Shown here: positions 30,251-42,000 of the stretch, piece by piece
Position numbering within the stretch: the first letter of the stretch is position 1
How the letters are laid out: each line of letters begins with the position of its first letter
Origin: Paramoeba atlantica
Taxonomy: Eukaryota > Protista > Discosea
NCBI GenBank assembly: GCA_977017575.1
Contig: CDRNVI010000053.1
Coordinates: forward strand, 1 to 64,000
Direction of reading: 5' to 3'
Length of the DNA: 64,000 nt
Notes under the pieces: model-generated
Told to the model about the DNA's origin: nothing
The model's input: the letters and a program-made list of their open reading frames with translations, nothing else
Databases searched by the model: none
Made by a program: the position numbers and the translations under genes

Positions 30251-31354
30251 ATGCTTACCACCACAACCCTGTGGTTGGCCATCCTCCTTGGCCTCCACCC
30301 CTCTCCCCTCCCTCCCACCACCACCACCCCTCCCACCACCCTCACCCCCTCCTCCAGCCTCTACCCCGACCCCGTAACCTACTGGAACGACCGCCCCCTC
30401 TACAACGACCCCACATCCCCGATCCCTGCACCCCCCGCACCCTATGCCCCCCCCTCCCCCTCTTCCCCCCCTCCCCCCCCCTCCCTGGCCCCCGAATCCC
30501 TCCACCCCTCCCACCCCCGCTGCCCCCACTCCTGGACCGGGCCCCAGTGCGACCTGTGCCCCCTCCCCTTTGGCGCCCCCCACTGCAACCGGTGTCTCCG
30601 GGACCGCAGCCTCCTGCAAGCCTGGCTCCACCCCTACCCGCACTGCCCCGCGGTGGTCCCCAGTCGTGCCCCCTGGGGGTATGCGACCCCGGAGGCCATT
30701 GCGGCAGCGGAGGCGGCTGGGTCTTCTTCTTCTTCTTCTTCTTTTTCATCTTCTTCTTCACCTTCTTCTTCACCTTCTTCTCCATCTTCTTTTTCTTCCT
30801 TTGTTCCTTATTGTAATGTGACTACACTGTGTGAGGGACGGGCGGAGCGGGCGGAGTACGACTACGGGAGTAAACGCTGTGTGTGCCGGCAGTGTACCCA
30901 CATGTGGGAGGGGGAGGGGGAGCGGTGTGAGAGCTGCCGGGCCCCGTTTAAAGGGGAGAGGTGTAACGAGTGTATGGACCCGAGCCAGGTGTACCCGGGG
31001 TGTAGGGAGACGGGGGTGTGGGGGACGGTGAAACGGGTGTGGGATTCCAGGTGGGGGAGGCTGGATTGTGGCGCGACGGCGTGGGAGGCGAATGGGGAAC
31101 CGAGACGGGTGTTTTATAATTGGGAGCTGGGGCAGTGTACGGCGGAGTGTACGCAGGGGTGGACGGGGAACCGGTGTGAGTACTGTCCGAAACCGTTTAC
31201 GGGGAGGAATTGTGATGAGTGTATAGAGGGCGACCGCTCGTTTCCGATGTGTTACGCCACGAATGAGGAAAATTTTCGTGCGAAGCGGCTGCATTTGTTT
31301 CGAGGAACGGCGGTGTTGCACCCAGTGGGGTATGGTGCGAATGTCACGGAGTAG
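30251..31354 (+). CDS. Secreted cysteine-rich protein with three laminin/EGF-like modules (paralog 1)
   Basis: Signal-like MLTTTTLWLAILLGLH; three C-x-W(T/E)G-x-C-x2-C-x2-PF-x-G-x2-C-x2-C...YP-x-C units; Pro-rich and Ser-rich linkers. Confidence 0.8.
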   Translation: MLTTTTLWLAILLGLHPSPLPPTTTTPPTTLTPSSSLYPDPVTYWNDRPLYNDPTSPIPAPPAPYAPPSPSSPPPPPSLAPESLHPSHPRCPHSWTGPQCDLCPLPFGAPHCNRCLRDRSLLQAWLHPYPHCPAVVPSRAPWGYATPEAIAAAEAAGSSSSSSSFSSSSSPSSSPSSPSSFSSFVPYCNVTTLCEGRAERAEYDYGSKRCVCRQCTHMWEGEGERCESCRAPFKGERCNECMDPSQVYPGCRETGVWGTVKRVWDSRWGRLDCGATAWEANGEPRRVFYNWELGQCTAECTQGWTGNRCEYCPKPFTGRNCDECIEGDRSFPMCYATNEENFRAKRLHLFRGTAVLHPVGYGANVTE

Positions 31355-31628
31355 AAAGCTTAACCAAGGGCGGAAGGGAAAAAGCCCCGAATGGAGTCTC
31401 TGTATGATAGATTACTTCACTAGACTACAAAGTAGTGCGATTAGGTTAAAAAACAGTTTTTGAGACTCGAATTCAGTTCTAGGAACGTACTAGTAGCCGT
31501 TAGTGAAAAAATGTAAGAGGAAAGACGTGCACCGAATCTGGAGTCTTGTACTACGACTGTATCTTTAAATCCTCCTACCCTTTTTACTATCAATTTTCAC
31601 AGTATTATTTTCACAATTTACCCCTGCC

Positions 31629-32504
31629 ATGATACACGCTGTGCCGCTCCTTCTCCTACTCCCCTCCGTCACCGCGTACATCACAACTCCGAACAACGTT
31701 AACGTGGGCAGAGTCTGCGGACGAAATATGCTCCTTGGAGACAACTGCGACCTATGCCCTTTCCCCTTTGGCGGTCCTCAGTGTGACATGTGTGTGATTG
31801 ACGACCGCGACGGGTCGTACCCTCACGCCTTACTCTTGAATCCTGAGCTCACCACGTCATCCTCTGATGGCGTCCGCGGAGTGTTCCCCTACTGCGGGGA
31901 CGGGAAGTATCTGTACGAGGCTCACTCCAGAGCAGCACAAGGCACCGACCACCATCCCCCGTGTAACCACGCCGTGACCTGCGGGGATCGTGCAGAGGAG
32001 GTCTATTGGAATGCCACCTCCCAACGATGCCTGTGCCGGCGCTGTACGTTTATGTGGGAAGGAGAGTGCTGTGAGCGGTGCCCTGCCCCGTTTGCAGGTC
32101 CTCGATGTAATCAGTGCACGGAACGCCTCCAGGAGTTCCCCTACTGCCGCAACCTCTCCTTCGTGAACCATTTGACCTCCCGTGAAGGCAAGATTGTGCG
32201 ACATGCGGAACGATTTACATGTGCTCTCCCACAAGGGGATGTGGGCCCCACTGCCCGCCATGGGTTCTACAGCATGGAGGAGGGACATTGTGTGTATGAG
32301 TGCAAGAATGGGTGGACCGGGGACCACTGCGAATTTTGTGCTAAGCCTTTTACGGGCGCCCGTTGTAATCAATGTATCAATGTCTCGCGGGTGTTTCCTC
32401 AGTGTTATGACGCAGAGGAGAAGAATCGGAGGGCAAGAACGCTGTATTCCCTACGCGAAACAGCGGTAATAAATCCTGTAGGGTACGCGACCTCCTTTGA
32501 ATAA
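31629..32504 (+). CDS. Secreted cysteine-rich protein with three laminin/EGF-like modules (paralog 2)
   Basis: Signal-like MIHAVPLLLLLPSVTA; same Cys skeleton as 30251-31354 and shared C-terminus (TAVxxPVGY). Confidence 0.82.
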   Translation: MIHAVPLLLLLPSVTAYITTPNNVNVGRVCGRNMLLGDNCDLCPFPFGGPQCDMCVIDDRDGSYPHALLLNPELTTSSSDGVRGVFPYCGDGKYLYEAHSRAAQGTDHHPPCNHAVTCGDRAEEVYWNATSQRCLCRRCTFMWEGECCERCPAPFAGPRCNQCTERLQEFPYCRNLSFVNHLTSREGKIVRHAERFTCALPQGDVGPTARHGFYSMEEGHCVYECKNGWTGDHCEFCAKPFTGARCNQCINVSRVFPQCYDAEEKNRRARTLYSLRETAVINPVGYATSFE

Positions 32505-32575
32505 GGAGGACATGACTGAGTAGTTTTTTATACAAATGGGTTGCATGACACAGTATTTTTTGTACTATAGGAATA

Positions 32576-32913
32576 CTCCTCTCTTTAATTTCTATAAATA
32601 TTAATTATAACAAAACAGAAAATTTATATTTGTTTTTTTATTTATAGAAATTAATGAGAATGGTTAGGCAAAAAGTCCTGATTAATGATAATATCCTGCC
32701 TGATGGAAAAACACTATTTTTCTGCGATAAGCTATCGCGGAACGTGAGATCCAAGGCCCTTGTCGGAAGTGAGGGTCAAATTTTTCTGCGGTGTTCTCCC
32801 TTCTATCCTAGCTTTTCCTGTTTTTTTTTTCAAAAGCATATTTTTTTGAAAAACTAAGATTTTTTTTCTGAAAAATTAGGAATGGTATTTATAGAAATTA
32901 ATGAGAAGAGGAG
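32576..32913. mobile_element. Putative MITE (about 338 bp) with about 27-bp imperfect TIRs starting CTCCT and TA flanks
   Basis: TA-CTCCTCTCTTTAATTTCTATAAATA ... TATTTATAGAAATTAATGAGAAGAGGAG-TA. An internal direct copy of TTTATAGAAATTAATGAGAA lies at 32641. Confidence 0.65.
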
Positions 32914-33016
32914 TACTACTCTCCTCTTTATACACCATATGTTGTGACTCAGCATTTTATAATCTTTTTCTTAAAATATCTTTATAGGCATTTCCCCAAG
33001 AGATTCATTTTGATTT

Positions 33017-34537
33017 ATGCTATTTCCACTTGGAAGAATACTCGTTCTTTGCTGTGCGCTGCTACACAACAACTTCTACTTGTCTTGGCTTTCTACTGTG
33101 GCCGCTTCCACAGAGATTCGCATCACGGATGACCCAAGGCGAGTGATTGATTTTGGTACCTTTGGATATTCTAATTCAGGTGTTTTCGAGCTTGAAATCG
33201 AGGGCTTCTCTCTCAAAGATGCACACCTTCATGAAACGACAGAGCCCGTGGGATTTACTTTAGACGCCGTGCCGAGTGCGTCATATGCTCGTATGGAACG
33301 CAACTACGGCACTTTCGAAGAACCGATACGCGGGAAGTGCTTCATTGACGACCCGCTGGTGGTACCACACGTGGACCAGCCGAACCGACGCCGTACCATG
33401 CCCCTAGAAGACTGGTTACAGCATCGAGCCCCTCATGTGGCGCTGTCTGTTGACTTGCTTTTAGGGAAGTCCTTTTCTCACTTGGCTCCGATAGGGGCCG
33501 CAGAGTTCTCTGTTGACGCCACAACTTACAAAGTTCGATTTTTCATCTCAGAACCGAACCTATACGCTCTCTTTTTTTACAATTGTAAACAACCGAACAA
33601 GGAAGGCACTGACTCGAGCGCTGATTGGAATGATGGAGCTAGAGCGAACTTCGTGCTTCGATATTCAATGTACAATACAGAACCAAAAACGGGTCGCCGT
33701 AACTATCTAGGCATAGGATACGAGCCTCTCGTACGAGTTTACTACGTGGCTACGGCGCTGTTCCTTCTCCTTACCGTTCTGTGGATCCGAGACTGTTCAC
33801 TCCACAAACAATGGGTACATAAAATTCATCGTTTTATGACGGCGCTGATAGTCTTAAAGACGCTCAGTGCTTTCTTCACCTCAATGCGTTACGCCACCCG
33901 GGCTGCATCAGACTTAATCAATGCCTGGACCGTTTTTTACTATGTCTTTCTTACTTTGAAGGGTCTCGTAATGTTTACAGTTATCATGCTGCTCGGTACC
34001 GGGTGGAGTTTTCTGAAGCCATGCCTCAACGATCGAGATAAAAACGTCCTAATGTTTGTTCTTCCTTTGCAGCTTCTGATCAATATAGCAGCAATTGTCA
34101 TACAAGAAACGAGTGAAGGAAGCGTGGCCTGGGGCTTCTGGTGGGATATTCTCCCTTTGTTGGATGTAGTATGTTGCTGCGCTGTGCTTCTTCCTACAGT
34201 CTGGTCGATTAACACACTTGTCGAAACGGATGACGAGGAGAAATCACGTTTGAATCTCCATCGTCTACGTCAGTTTCGTACCCATTATCTTCTTATCGTA
34301 GGTTACATTTATACCACACGCATTGGGGTCAGTTTTCTGGAGAACATTTTGGCTTACCAGAACCTTTGGATGGCCTCAGTCGTGAACGAGGTTTGTAACT
34401 TCTTATTTTATGCCTACGTGGGACGCAATTTTCGGCCTCACCCGAGAGGTTTGTATTCACCGCTTCCTAATGATGAGACTCCACAGTCGACTGATTCTCT
34501 ACACAGAAACTACAGTGACGACATTTTCACACTTTAA
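33017..34537 (+). CDS. GPR107/GPR108-like (lung seven-TM receptor / GOST family) membrane protein
   Basis: Signal peptide, luminal domain (FGTFGYSNSG...YALFFYNC), seven hydrophobic helices with VHKIHRFM, LLGTGWSFLKPCL, VVCCCAVLLPTVWSI, LRQFRTHY. Confidence 0.9.
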   Translation: MLFPLGRILVLCCALLHNNFYLSWLSTVAASTEIRITDDPRRVIDFGTFGYSNSGVFELEIEGFSLKDAHLHETTEPVGFTLDAVPSASYARMERNYGTFEEPIRGKCFIDDPLVVPHVDQPNRRRTMPLEDWLQHRAPHVALSVDLLLGKSFSHLAPIGAAEFSVDATTYKVRFFISEPNLYALFFYNCKQPNKEGTDSSADWNDGARANFVLRYSMYNTEPKTGRRNYLGIGYEPLVRVYYVATALFLLLTVLWIRDCSLHKQWVHKIHRFMTALIVLKTLSAFFTSMRYATRAASDLINAWTVFYYVFLTLKGLVMFTVIMLLGTGWSFLKPCLNDRDKNVLMFVLPLQLLINIAAIVIQETSEGSVAWGFWWDILPLLDVVCCCAVLLPTVWSINTLVETDDEEKSRLNLHRLRQFRTHYLLIVGYIYTTRIGVSFLENILAYQNLWMASVVNEVCNFLFYAYVGRNFRPHPRGLYSPLPNDETPQSTDSLHRNYSDDIFTL

Positions 34538-34623
34538 AAACAACAACAGATTTTTCTAGCTTTATCTTAGGTTCACCATTACTTAATTGACTCTACTTGT
34601 TCTTTATTGCGTTGGTTGGTCAG

Positions 34624-35000
34624 ATTGAACGAAGTTTGCACACTTTGTAAAAAAAATTCTAAAAGTGACCAAATATCAACGAATTCCAAAGAAAATCAAA
34701 ATGATGCAGACAAGACGATTTCCGCACAAAACAATGCCACATCCAACAAAACTCGTACCAGAGGGCTTAACCTCACTTAACCTCAATAAACGGAAGACGT
34801 GTGACACAGTTCATTTCAAGACACTCACAACAAAACCCACCATCAAAGTGATTGACCATGATTTCACCCGTACCTGAGAACGTAAAAAGGTCAAGGATAC
34901 AAGCGAAGATTCTAAACTATATCTTTTGCAAGCAACAGAAGCAAATAATAATAAGATCGTTTTAATTTGTTTTTGAAAAAGTGTGCAAACTTCGTTCAAT
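34624..35000. mobile_element. Putative MITE (about 377 bp) bounded by a perfect 23-bp inverted repeat
   Basis: ATTGAACGAAGTTTGCACACTTT at 34624-34646 and its exact reverse complement at 34978-35000. No clear TSD. Confidence 0.6.
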
Positions 35001-35639
35001 TCCACCCGTTGGTTACTACCGCCCTCGATTATTGAAAACAACGAACAAAAACAGTAAAAAAAAAAGAGGAACACAGTAATAATAAAAGAAAAATTATAAA
35101 AGGGGCTCCGGTGGTCCAAATTTGACAAAACAAATTCGGAGCCTTGGGGTGTCCAGGGGGGTTCTAGAGGAAGGGGCATACCGCACTATTTTTTTTCGAA
35201 AAAAAGGCGTAGCCGGAGTCTTGGCGTACATTCCCCCTCTCACCCGGAGGTGACCAAGTTCTAATTCTCGGACCAATTCTCGGAATTAGTGCTCTGAAAG
35301 CGAAAGTACGCAAAAAGGACACCATTTTTGCCCACAAATAGGCTATGTTGTTGGCTCAAATGATTAGAAATCCCTTCGGTTTCTTGCGATTTCGAAGCCA
35401 AGTTTTCCTTTTTAGTCGCTTCGTTAGACACGGAGGTAGTTTTCAACGCGAAGTCCGTAGCATGAGTGACTTCTAAGTTGAAATCAACCACCGCGTTTAA
35501 CGAAGCAACTAAAAAAGAAAAATATATAGCGTTCGGAGAACGGATGAAGGAACTTTGTAATCCACTTTCTTTTCACGAGTACTTTTGGTCGTAGAGTTTT
35601 ACTCCACATGCTTGGCTGCTGTCAAGTGACACCTCAAAA

Positions 35640-36542
35640 ATGAACCACTCCGAAAATCAAAGCGCGCGTGACTTTTGTGATTCCTTGCCTGACGATCCAC
35701 GTCTTGGTCCGACTGATGTCGAACCCGCCGATCCACCGCTGAATCGTACCCATCCTTTTGCTACCATCGCGGCCTATCTTACTCGAGAAAGTGATGCCTC
35801 CGTGCATGCTACACTCGCCCACGTCCCCTTACGTCGAGATCGACCCACCCAAAGTGAGGAAATTAGTTTCCAGGAAAGTCTTGGAGTGAATTCTGGCCTT
35901 TTCAGTGATACTTGCCACTTCACATTGACGTCTCCAAATCTTGACCCCTATTTTGAAGTGGAACCACCACCCCCGCTTTTTCTCTCGCTACCACAGGGTA
36001 CTGATGAATCATGTGAGAATGTAGGATCAGGCGCACAGTCGAAGGAATGTTCTGAGCAATTGCAAAATGAAGAAACCAAATCGATCCCATTAAGTCCGCG
36101 GACCGAGCGTGTTTTCCGGACAATCCAAGAAAAACTGGAGAAGAAATACAAAGAAGTGACAACCAGTGATGGCCTGATGTCGGCAAGGACTGAAGCAGAA
36201 ATTGCAGAAAAAGGAAATGCCGCAGTACTAGAGGCGCTGCAGGATGCTCTTCCTGATGGAGAGCAAAGTAAGAAGCGTATATGTTGGAGATTTACAGCCA
36301 TTATCAATCGTCGTCATCGTATTAACCTTGGCTGTCTAACCCGGAAAAACGAGGCTCGAATGACGAGTTATACTCTGCCGAAAACAATTCGAAATCGCCC
36401 TCCTGGAACTGAAGAGGGCGCTCGAGCGACGCAAGACAAAGGCGGAGTAAAGTCAAACGTCTCAAGTTTTTCAGACAGAAAGGAACAAATGCCAGAAAGG
36501 TTTGATACCATGGTGGTTATCGCCACACCACACTATTGTTAA
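35640..36542 (+). CDS. Hypothetical protein
   Basis: 300-aa ATG-initiated ORF on the cluster strand; no motif recognised. Confidence 0.55.
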   Translation: MNHSENQSARDFCDSLPDDPRLGPTDVEPADPPLNRTHPFATIAAYLTRESDASVHATLAHVPLRRDRPTQSEEISFQESLGVNSGLFSDTCHFTLTSPNLDPYFEVEPPPPLFLSLPQGTDESCENVGSGAQSKECSEQLQNEETKSIPLSPRTERVFRTIQEKLEKKYKEVTTSDGLMSARTEAEIAEKGNAAVLEALQDALPDGEQSKKRICWRFTAIINRRHRINLGCLTRKNEARMTSYTLPKTIRNRPPGTEEGARATQDKGGVKSNVSSFSDRKEQMPERFDTMVVIATPHYC

Positions 36543-37337
36543 TCTACTGCAGAAACGTGGAGTGAACACGCCCATGTATGTACCACAAAAAGCTTTCAAT
36601 TTGATGTGCACGTATCATCCCAGAGAAGGTAACCCATAACCGATATTTTTTACACATGTTTGAATAAAACGATTTATGTCATTCAAATAGACTCAACTTA
36701 ATTAGAATATATTAAAGCAAACAATAGAGAATATATTAAACAAACAAACGAGTCTATTTATTTTTATTGAAATTTCATTACGTGACTCCTATTTTTCGAA
36801 CACTGTTTGAATATTAAGGATACTTTTAAAGTCACATCACGAATTCATCTTGCACCACTCTATATTTCTTCACTAAATATTTTGGCTACACTATGAACTT
36901 GTATTCAACTACACCGCGCTACAATGATTGCTTGGAATATGTACAACTACATAGCTGCATTTTTTGTACAGTATACATGTATATTCACTTGAACTGGATT
37001 TACTCACTAGTTTCTTTCTGTTTTTCACCATAAGAAAGATCAAGCAGGAAATTATACTTTTTTCACTTTTTTTCACTGATGTGAAAGGTAGCGCCCTTGT
37101 TGCAGTGACCAATACACTATTTACAACATATTCAATCCCGTTCGTTTTCACAAGAAAAATGTTATGCACAAGGTTTTCGATACCGTGTAGATACGTGTAT
37201 ACCTATTTTGCTTGGGATCTAGTGTCGAGCTGGAGCTGAAAAGCTCTTTCTTCATTGCACATACTTTTTTTATTTTTATTATTATTATTATTCTCACCGG
37301 TTATCCGTTCACCGAACCCTTAAAAAATTCATTCGAA

Positions 37338-38654
37338 ATGAAGGCGGATCAGGACTTAACGAGGATTCCCCTCTCGTGCCCTTGTCTGGACCTAGAATTC
37401 CACCCACAACATGAATCGGTTGCTTGTGGCCTTATAAACGGCGAGGTTCTTATGTTCAATAGAGTGAACAAAGAATGGAAGCTGTACTACAAAATTGGAC
37501 GTCACACCCGATCCGTTCGATCGATACGCTTTGACAAAAATGGGACACAAATGTACACCGCCGGAGCCGATCGTCGACTACGATGTTACGATCTCGAGCA
37601 TGAGCACGAGACCTGGAAAACCTTACGCAAATGGCACGCGGGACCTGTGGAGCGATTAATGCTCATAGATAGCGGAAATGGAATAGATAGCTACCCTTTC
37701 TTAAAGAACACCTCTACGGTATATTCCAACACCGCGTTGCGTGGGACGCTCGTCGCGGGTGACACATACGGGGTGATTTGCGCCTATGACGTACGGAACC
37801 CAAAATCTCCCTCTCTCCGTTTTGAAGAGGATGGACACACAGACTACATCAGTGACTTGCTCTTTCTTGGGGATACGCGAAACGTGGTAACGCAGAAAGG
37901 ACCGAGTCTGCAGTATATCATGGCCTCTAGCTCCGGGGATGGAACCGTAGGGCTGTTCGATTTGCGACGCGCAGGGAAAGCACTTGGGTTCACCCAGGCG
38001 CTCAAATCACGTCAGGCGGACATTGTTGCAATGGATTGGGACATCGGAGCCGGTGGGGTAGACAGTCTTGTACACTGTGCGTTGTCAAATGGATGTCTGT
38101 GTTCATGGTCTGTATCTGATCTCACGACTAGCGTCGATGAACCGCGCAGAAGAAAGTGCTGTGGTAGTGGACTGAGTTGTCTTCACGTAATCAAGGAAGT
38201 AGCACCTAAGGCTACCCGCTTGCAACGCAGTCGGGCCCTTGTGGGCACTGAAGAAGCGAAACTGTGTTGCTTAGGGTTACAACCATATATGGAGATTTCA
38301 ACGGAAACTATTCATGAAGCAGACTCGGGTGGAGGTATTCACTGCTTCGCGCTGAGTTACTCATCTGAAATCTGTGTCATGGCGTGTGACGAGGATATAA
38401 ACTTCGTAGATGTTTCAAGATTTCTCCAAACCACGCTCACTGATTCTGCAGACACTGTATGTGAGTCTGGAAATCAAGTGGGAGAAGATTCGACCACGTT
38501 TCCTGCAAACGAAATTTATGGAACACACAAACATGAACCTATAGAAGATGAATCTTACGACAGATCTACTGGTGCGGTGCGTATATCTTGTGAGACAGCA
38601 AAAACCTCTAAGCAGTCCAAGAAGAATGACGACTTTTTTTCTCAGCTTGAATAA
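37338..38654 (+). CDS. WD40-repeat protein, WDR55/JIP5-like
   Basis: DLEFHPQHESVACGLING, GRHTRSVRSIRF, GHTDYISDL, SSSGDGTVGLFDLR; first in-frame ATG at 37338. Confidence 0.8.
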   Translation: MKADQDLTRIPLSCPCLDLEFHPQHESVACGLINGEVLMFNRVNKEWKLYYKIGRHTRSVRSIRFDKNGTQMYTAGADRRLRCYDLEHEHETWKTLRKWHAGPVERLMLIDSGNGIDSYPFLKNTSTVYSNTALRGTLVAGDTYGVICAYDVRNPKSPSLRFEEDGHTDYISDLLFLGDTRNVVTQKGPSLQYIMASSSGDGTVGLFDLRRAGKALGFTQALKSRQADIVAMDWDIGAGGVDSLVHCALSNGCLCSWSVSDLTTSVDEPRRRKCCGSGLSCLHVIKEVAPKATRLQRSRALVGTEEAKLCCLGLQPYMEISTETIHEADSGGGIHCFALSYSSEICVMACDEDINFVDVSRFLQTTLTDSADTVCESGNQVGEDSTTFPANEIYGTHKHEPIEDESYDRSTGAVRISCETAKTSKQSKKNDDFFSQLE

Positions 38655-39039
38655 TACCACATCAGTGTCATTTGCTGCCTCACAAAAGCTTTCATTAGTC
38701 AATGCTACACTGTATCTAAAAAGGTAAGTTGTGAAGTATACTAGCTTGTGTTGCAAACTTTTACATTACTCTTATTTGTTTTTCTTCGATATGTTGATTT
38801 TCAGAAAACCTTGCGATTTCCTAACACCGAAGATGGAGATTGTCGATTCTTAACACCGGAGATTCTATTCAGCAGTAGCTCGCTCCGAAATTCATGGTGA
38901 TACAAACAGAGTTTCACGTACAGTTGAAAAGTATGGTAATGAAACCAGCTGACATTTGCTTGACCACACCTTCCACGATGGAAATCAATTGTGCACTCCA
39001 AAATATTCATCATTTGGTAAGGTTTCCTTCTTGGACGCA

Positions 39040-42000
39040 ATGAATAGGAGCATTTCTAGAATGCACTTTTTGCGGCAGACCTCCGCATTTCTTTTTCATA
39101 AGAGCGCTCCGAATTTCAGCTTTCAAGGTGATTCAAAAAAAATTTATTCCGCACATGATCGAAGAAATTTAGATGACACCGTGGAGACAAATTCTAGCCC
39201 TACATCTCGAACCAAAATAGATGCATACCTCAATGCGACGCCTGATTCGCTTCAAATGAAAAAGAGTACAGCACACTCTACTCGTTTTCCTTCCCGATAT
39301 TCAATGAAGTCAAATTATGACACTTTTATTGAGCTTTCCTTCGAAAGCCCTCTTGTGAACGAATATGTACATGACGAATGCTACGTTGAGGAAGATACAA
39401 AGAAACTTTTGGAGCAACCATCGTATTTATTGCAGGACCCTAGCCTATCGGATTCGCCGTCTACGATAATTTCGCCCGAATCTAAGGATCTACCTTTGTT
39501 AGAAGAATTAGCTACGATTTGTGAAGAAACGCACAAAGATTTTTCGATACGATTTTTCTTTGGAAAGCCGCATTCTCAACAAAAATTTTCCGGAAATACG
39601 ATGATAGAAAATACGCTCTCAACCAGTAAATCACTGTATCCTCGCAGACTACTACTTGATCAAGCACTTATGAGAAAAAAGAGCGCTTTTTTATCTGGCC
39701 TATTCTTGAGTATTCGTAATGAAAAAGAATTGTTTCAACAAAAAATTAGAGACCAAAGGCGTCCAACAGATAATGCTTCTACCTTGCACCCAAGTCCGTA
39801 TGATTCATACTACATTCATAATGAATGTAGTAACGGACGTACTCTGTGTAGGGGCGAAAATAATACCACAGAGTCTGAAACCGCCACTCCTGCACAAGAT
39901 TTAGAAAATTCGACAGATCAAATGCCAGAAAGAGATAGATACTCTCAATGGAATGTTCCGGCTGAAGAGAATGTGTTGCACCATGAGATGAAGCTCTTTA
40001 CAAAGTCCCTATTTCCGCCGGAATGTTTAAAATTTTCTAAACCGTTCCCTAAAAGCTTTGAATCCTCTAGGCTTGAAGAATCGAACATCGTACCTTCTTG
40101 CTCTATCGAAAATATATTAAGCTCTAATAAAAAATCGTATTCGTTAAGAACATTGGCCACGCGAAAAGAAACTAATACATCGGCGAATGTTCGTCAGGAA
40201 GGCAATCAATTGAGTCCTTTCCTGTCAATGATTCCTAGAATTTTCGATACTTTTTGCATTTCTTCAACGGAAGGTTCAGCAAAAGACCTTGTCCGATTCT
40301 ACCCTGATTTGTCAGTTCTTGTATTGGATTTATTAAGAAGACAGCCGGAGGAAGCGCGACATCAGACCCTATTGACAACATCAAAGCTAGAATGGCTAGC
40401 ACAAGGCATTTTGGAATATGTTTATGACGGAGAACGGACCGCAAAACGTGAAATTGCATTCTCAAGCCGAACACTCTCCGTCTTGTTTCCAAAAACTGAT
40501 TCAAAAGAAGTGAAAAAATATTCTTACACTGTGTTAAGAAATGCTTACGGTGAAGACGAGGTGCTACTCGGGCAGCGTCCCCTAGTTGCCCAAAGTCGAT
40601 CTACACCTACATTCGTAATCAAAAACAAAATTCAGGCTACAGAATGGATAGTGGCAATTCAGGCTTTTGTTTCGCTAGAAAATCTTGCCTGCCATTTCAG
40701 TCAGGATAGTGTTTCTGTCCTATACAAACCGAAGCTTGTTTCGTTTATTATTGCTTCTCTTGGTGCCTGTATGGACTTACCTCCTCCAAAGAACAGTAAT
40801 CTGGGTACCAATGCTCATAGCAAGGAAAGCAGTACACGAAACAGTGACTCAATCCTATCGCTATACGAACGATCACAGAAATATAATTGCGCTGTATCCG
40901 ACTTCGCATTATCTTATGTAATGCGTGCTTTGCATAAAAAACCGGAGAAATCGTGGGAAATGTATACCAATTCGAGACGCTTGCAGACAGCAGCACACGG
41001 TTCCCTTCAAGTCTGGGCGCTTTACCTTCTAAAAAGTCATTGTCTTTCTTGGTGGCGCGCTGTTAATCTGTTGGGTGATATACTTGCATACAGACGCCAC
41101 GCCTTGTATGAACGTCGAACAATTGGTGACTTCTGCAAAAGGAGCTCAGCAGATGCTACTGGCCAGCTTGAAGAATTCGAACATCCTACAAAGGAAAAAT
41201 TTCGCCCAACTGAAACGGAGCTTATATCAGTTCTCTCTAGTGCAGCCTCATGGGAGCAGTGTGCTATTACGCTACGCTATGCATACGACGTATCCGTAGG
41301 AGCGGGACACTCATTTTCCTCTTGGCGATTATGTATTTTGTGCTTGAGGCGTCTGGGTCAACTGAAGTCTAAACGCGTTGTGTCACTACAATTAAAAAGT
41401 GTGTGCTCCAACATTGTGTGGAAAATGGCACGCATGAGGAAGAGCGTTCCTACGCTTGCTCGTTTGCATGCGGCTACCATACTTTTAGAAAACACCTTAT
41501 GGAATCTCGCTCTTGCAGTTTTACAAAGTGACAGTACTATAAGTCATGTGCATCACTTATCAAAATCGCTCGTGAAACAAAAATATATTGAGGTACCTTC
41601 ATGGATGGAGGCGCTTAGTTTGATTCGTTGCAATAAGATGCGGAAAGTACCTCTGGCAATTTTTGAAGCGCTACTCCGGAGCTTAATATTCGATTTTCCT
41701 TCTCATGTATGTACAAATCGCTGGTTAGGAGAGAAGCTCACAACTCCTTGGAAAGTTGTCGTGTACGTGGTTGAAAGCTGGCGCCAGAATGGGACGGTAT
41801 GGCCCTACAGCAGCGCCCCCTTTCATTTATCTCCATACGCTTCAGCTTTGTTGTATACTGTTCCCAAGATTCCATCCAAGGGGATTCTGGACACCATTGC
41901 GGCACCGGTTTGCCTTTTTATGGATAACACCTTTGACACAATTCTTTTGAAACGGTTAGACTACGCTGCTTTGTTCCGACTCATACGGTGTAGTGCGGTA

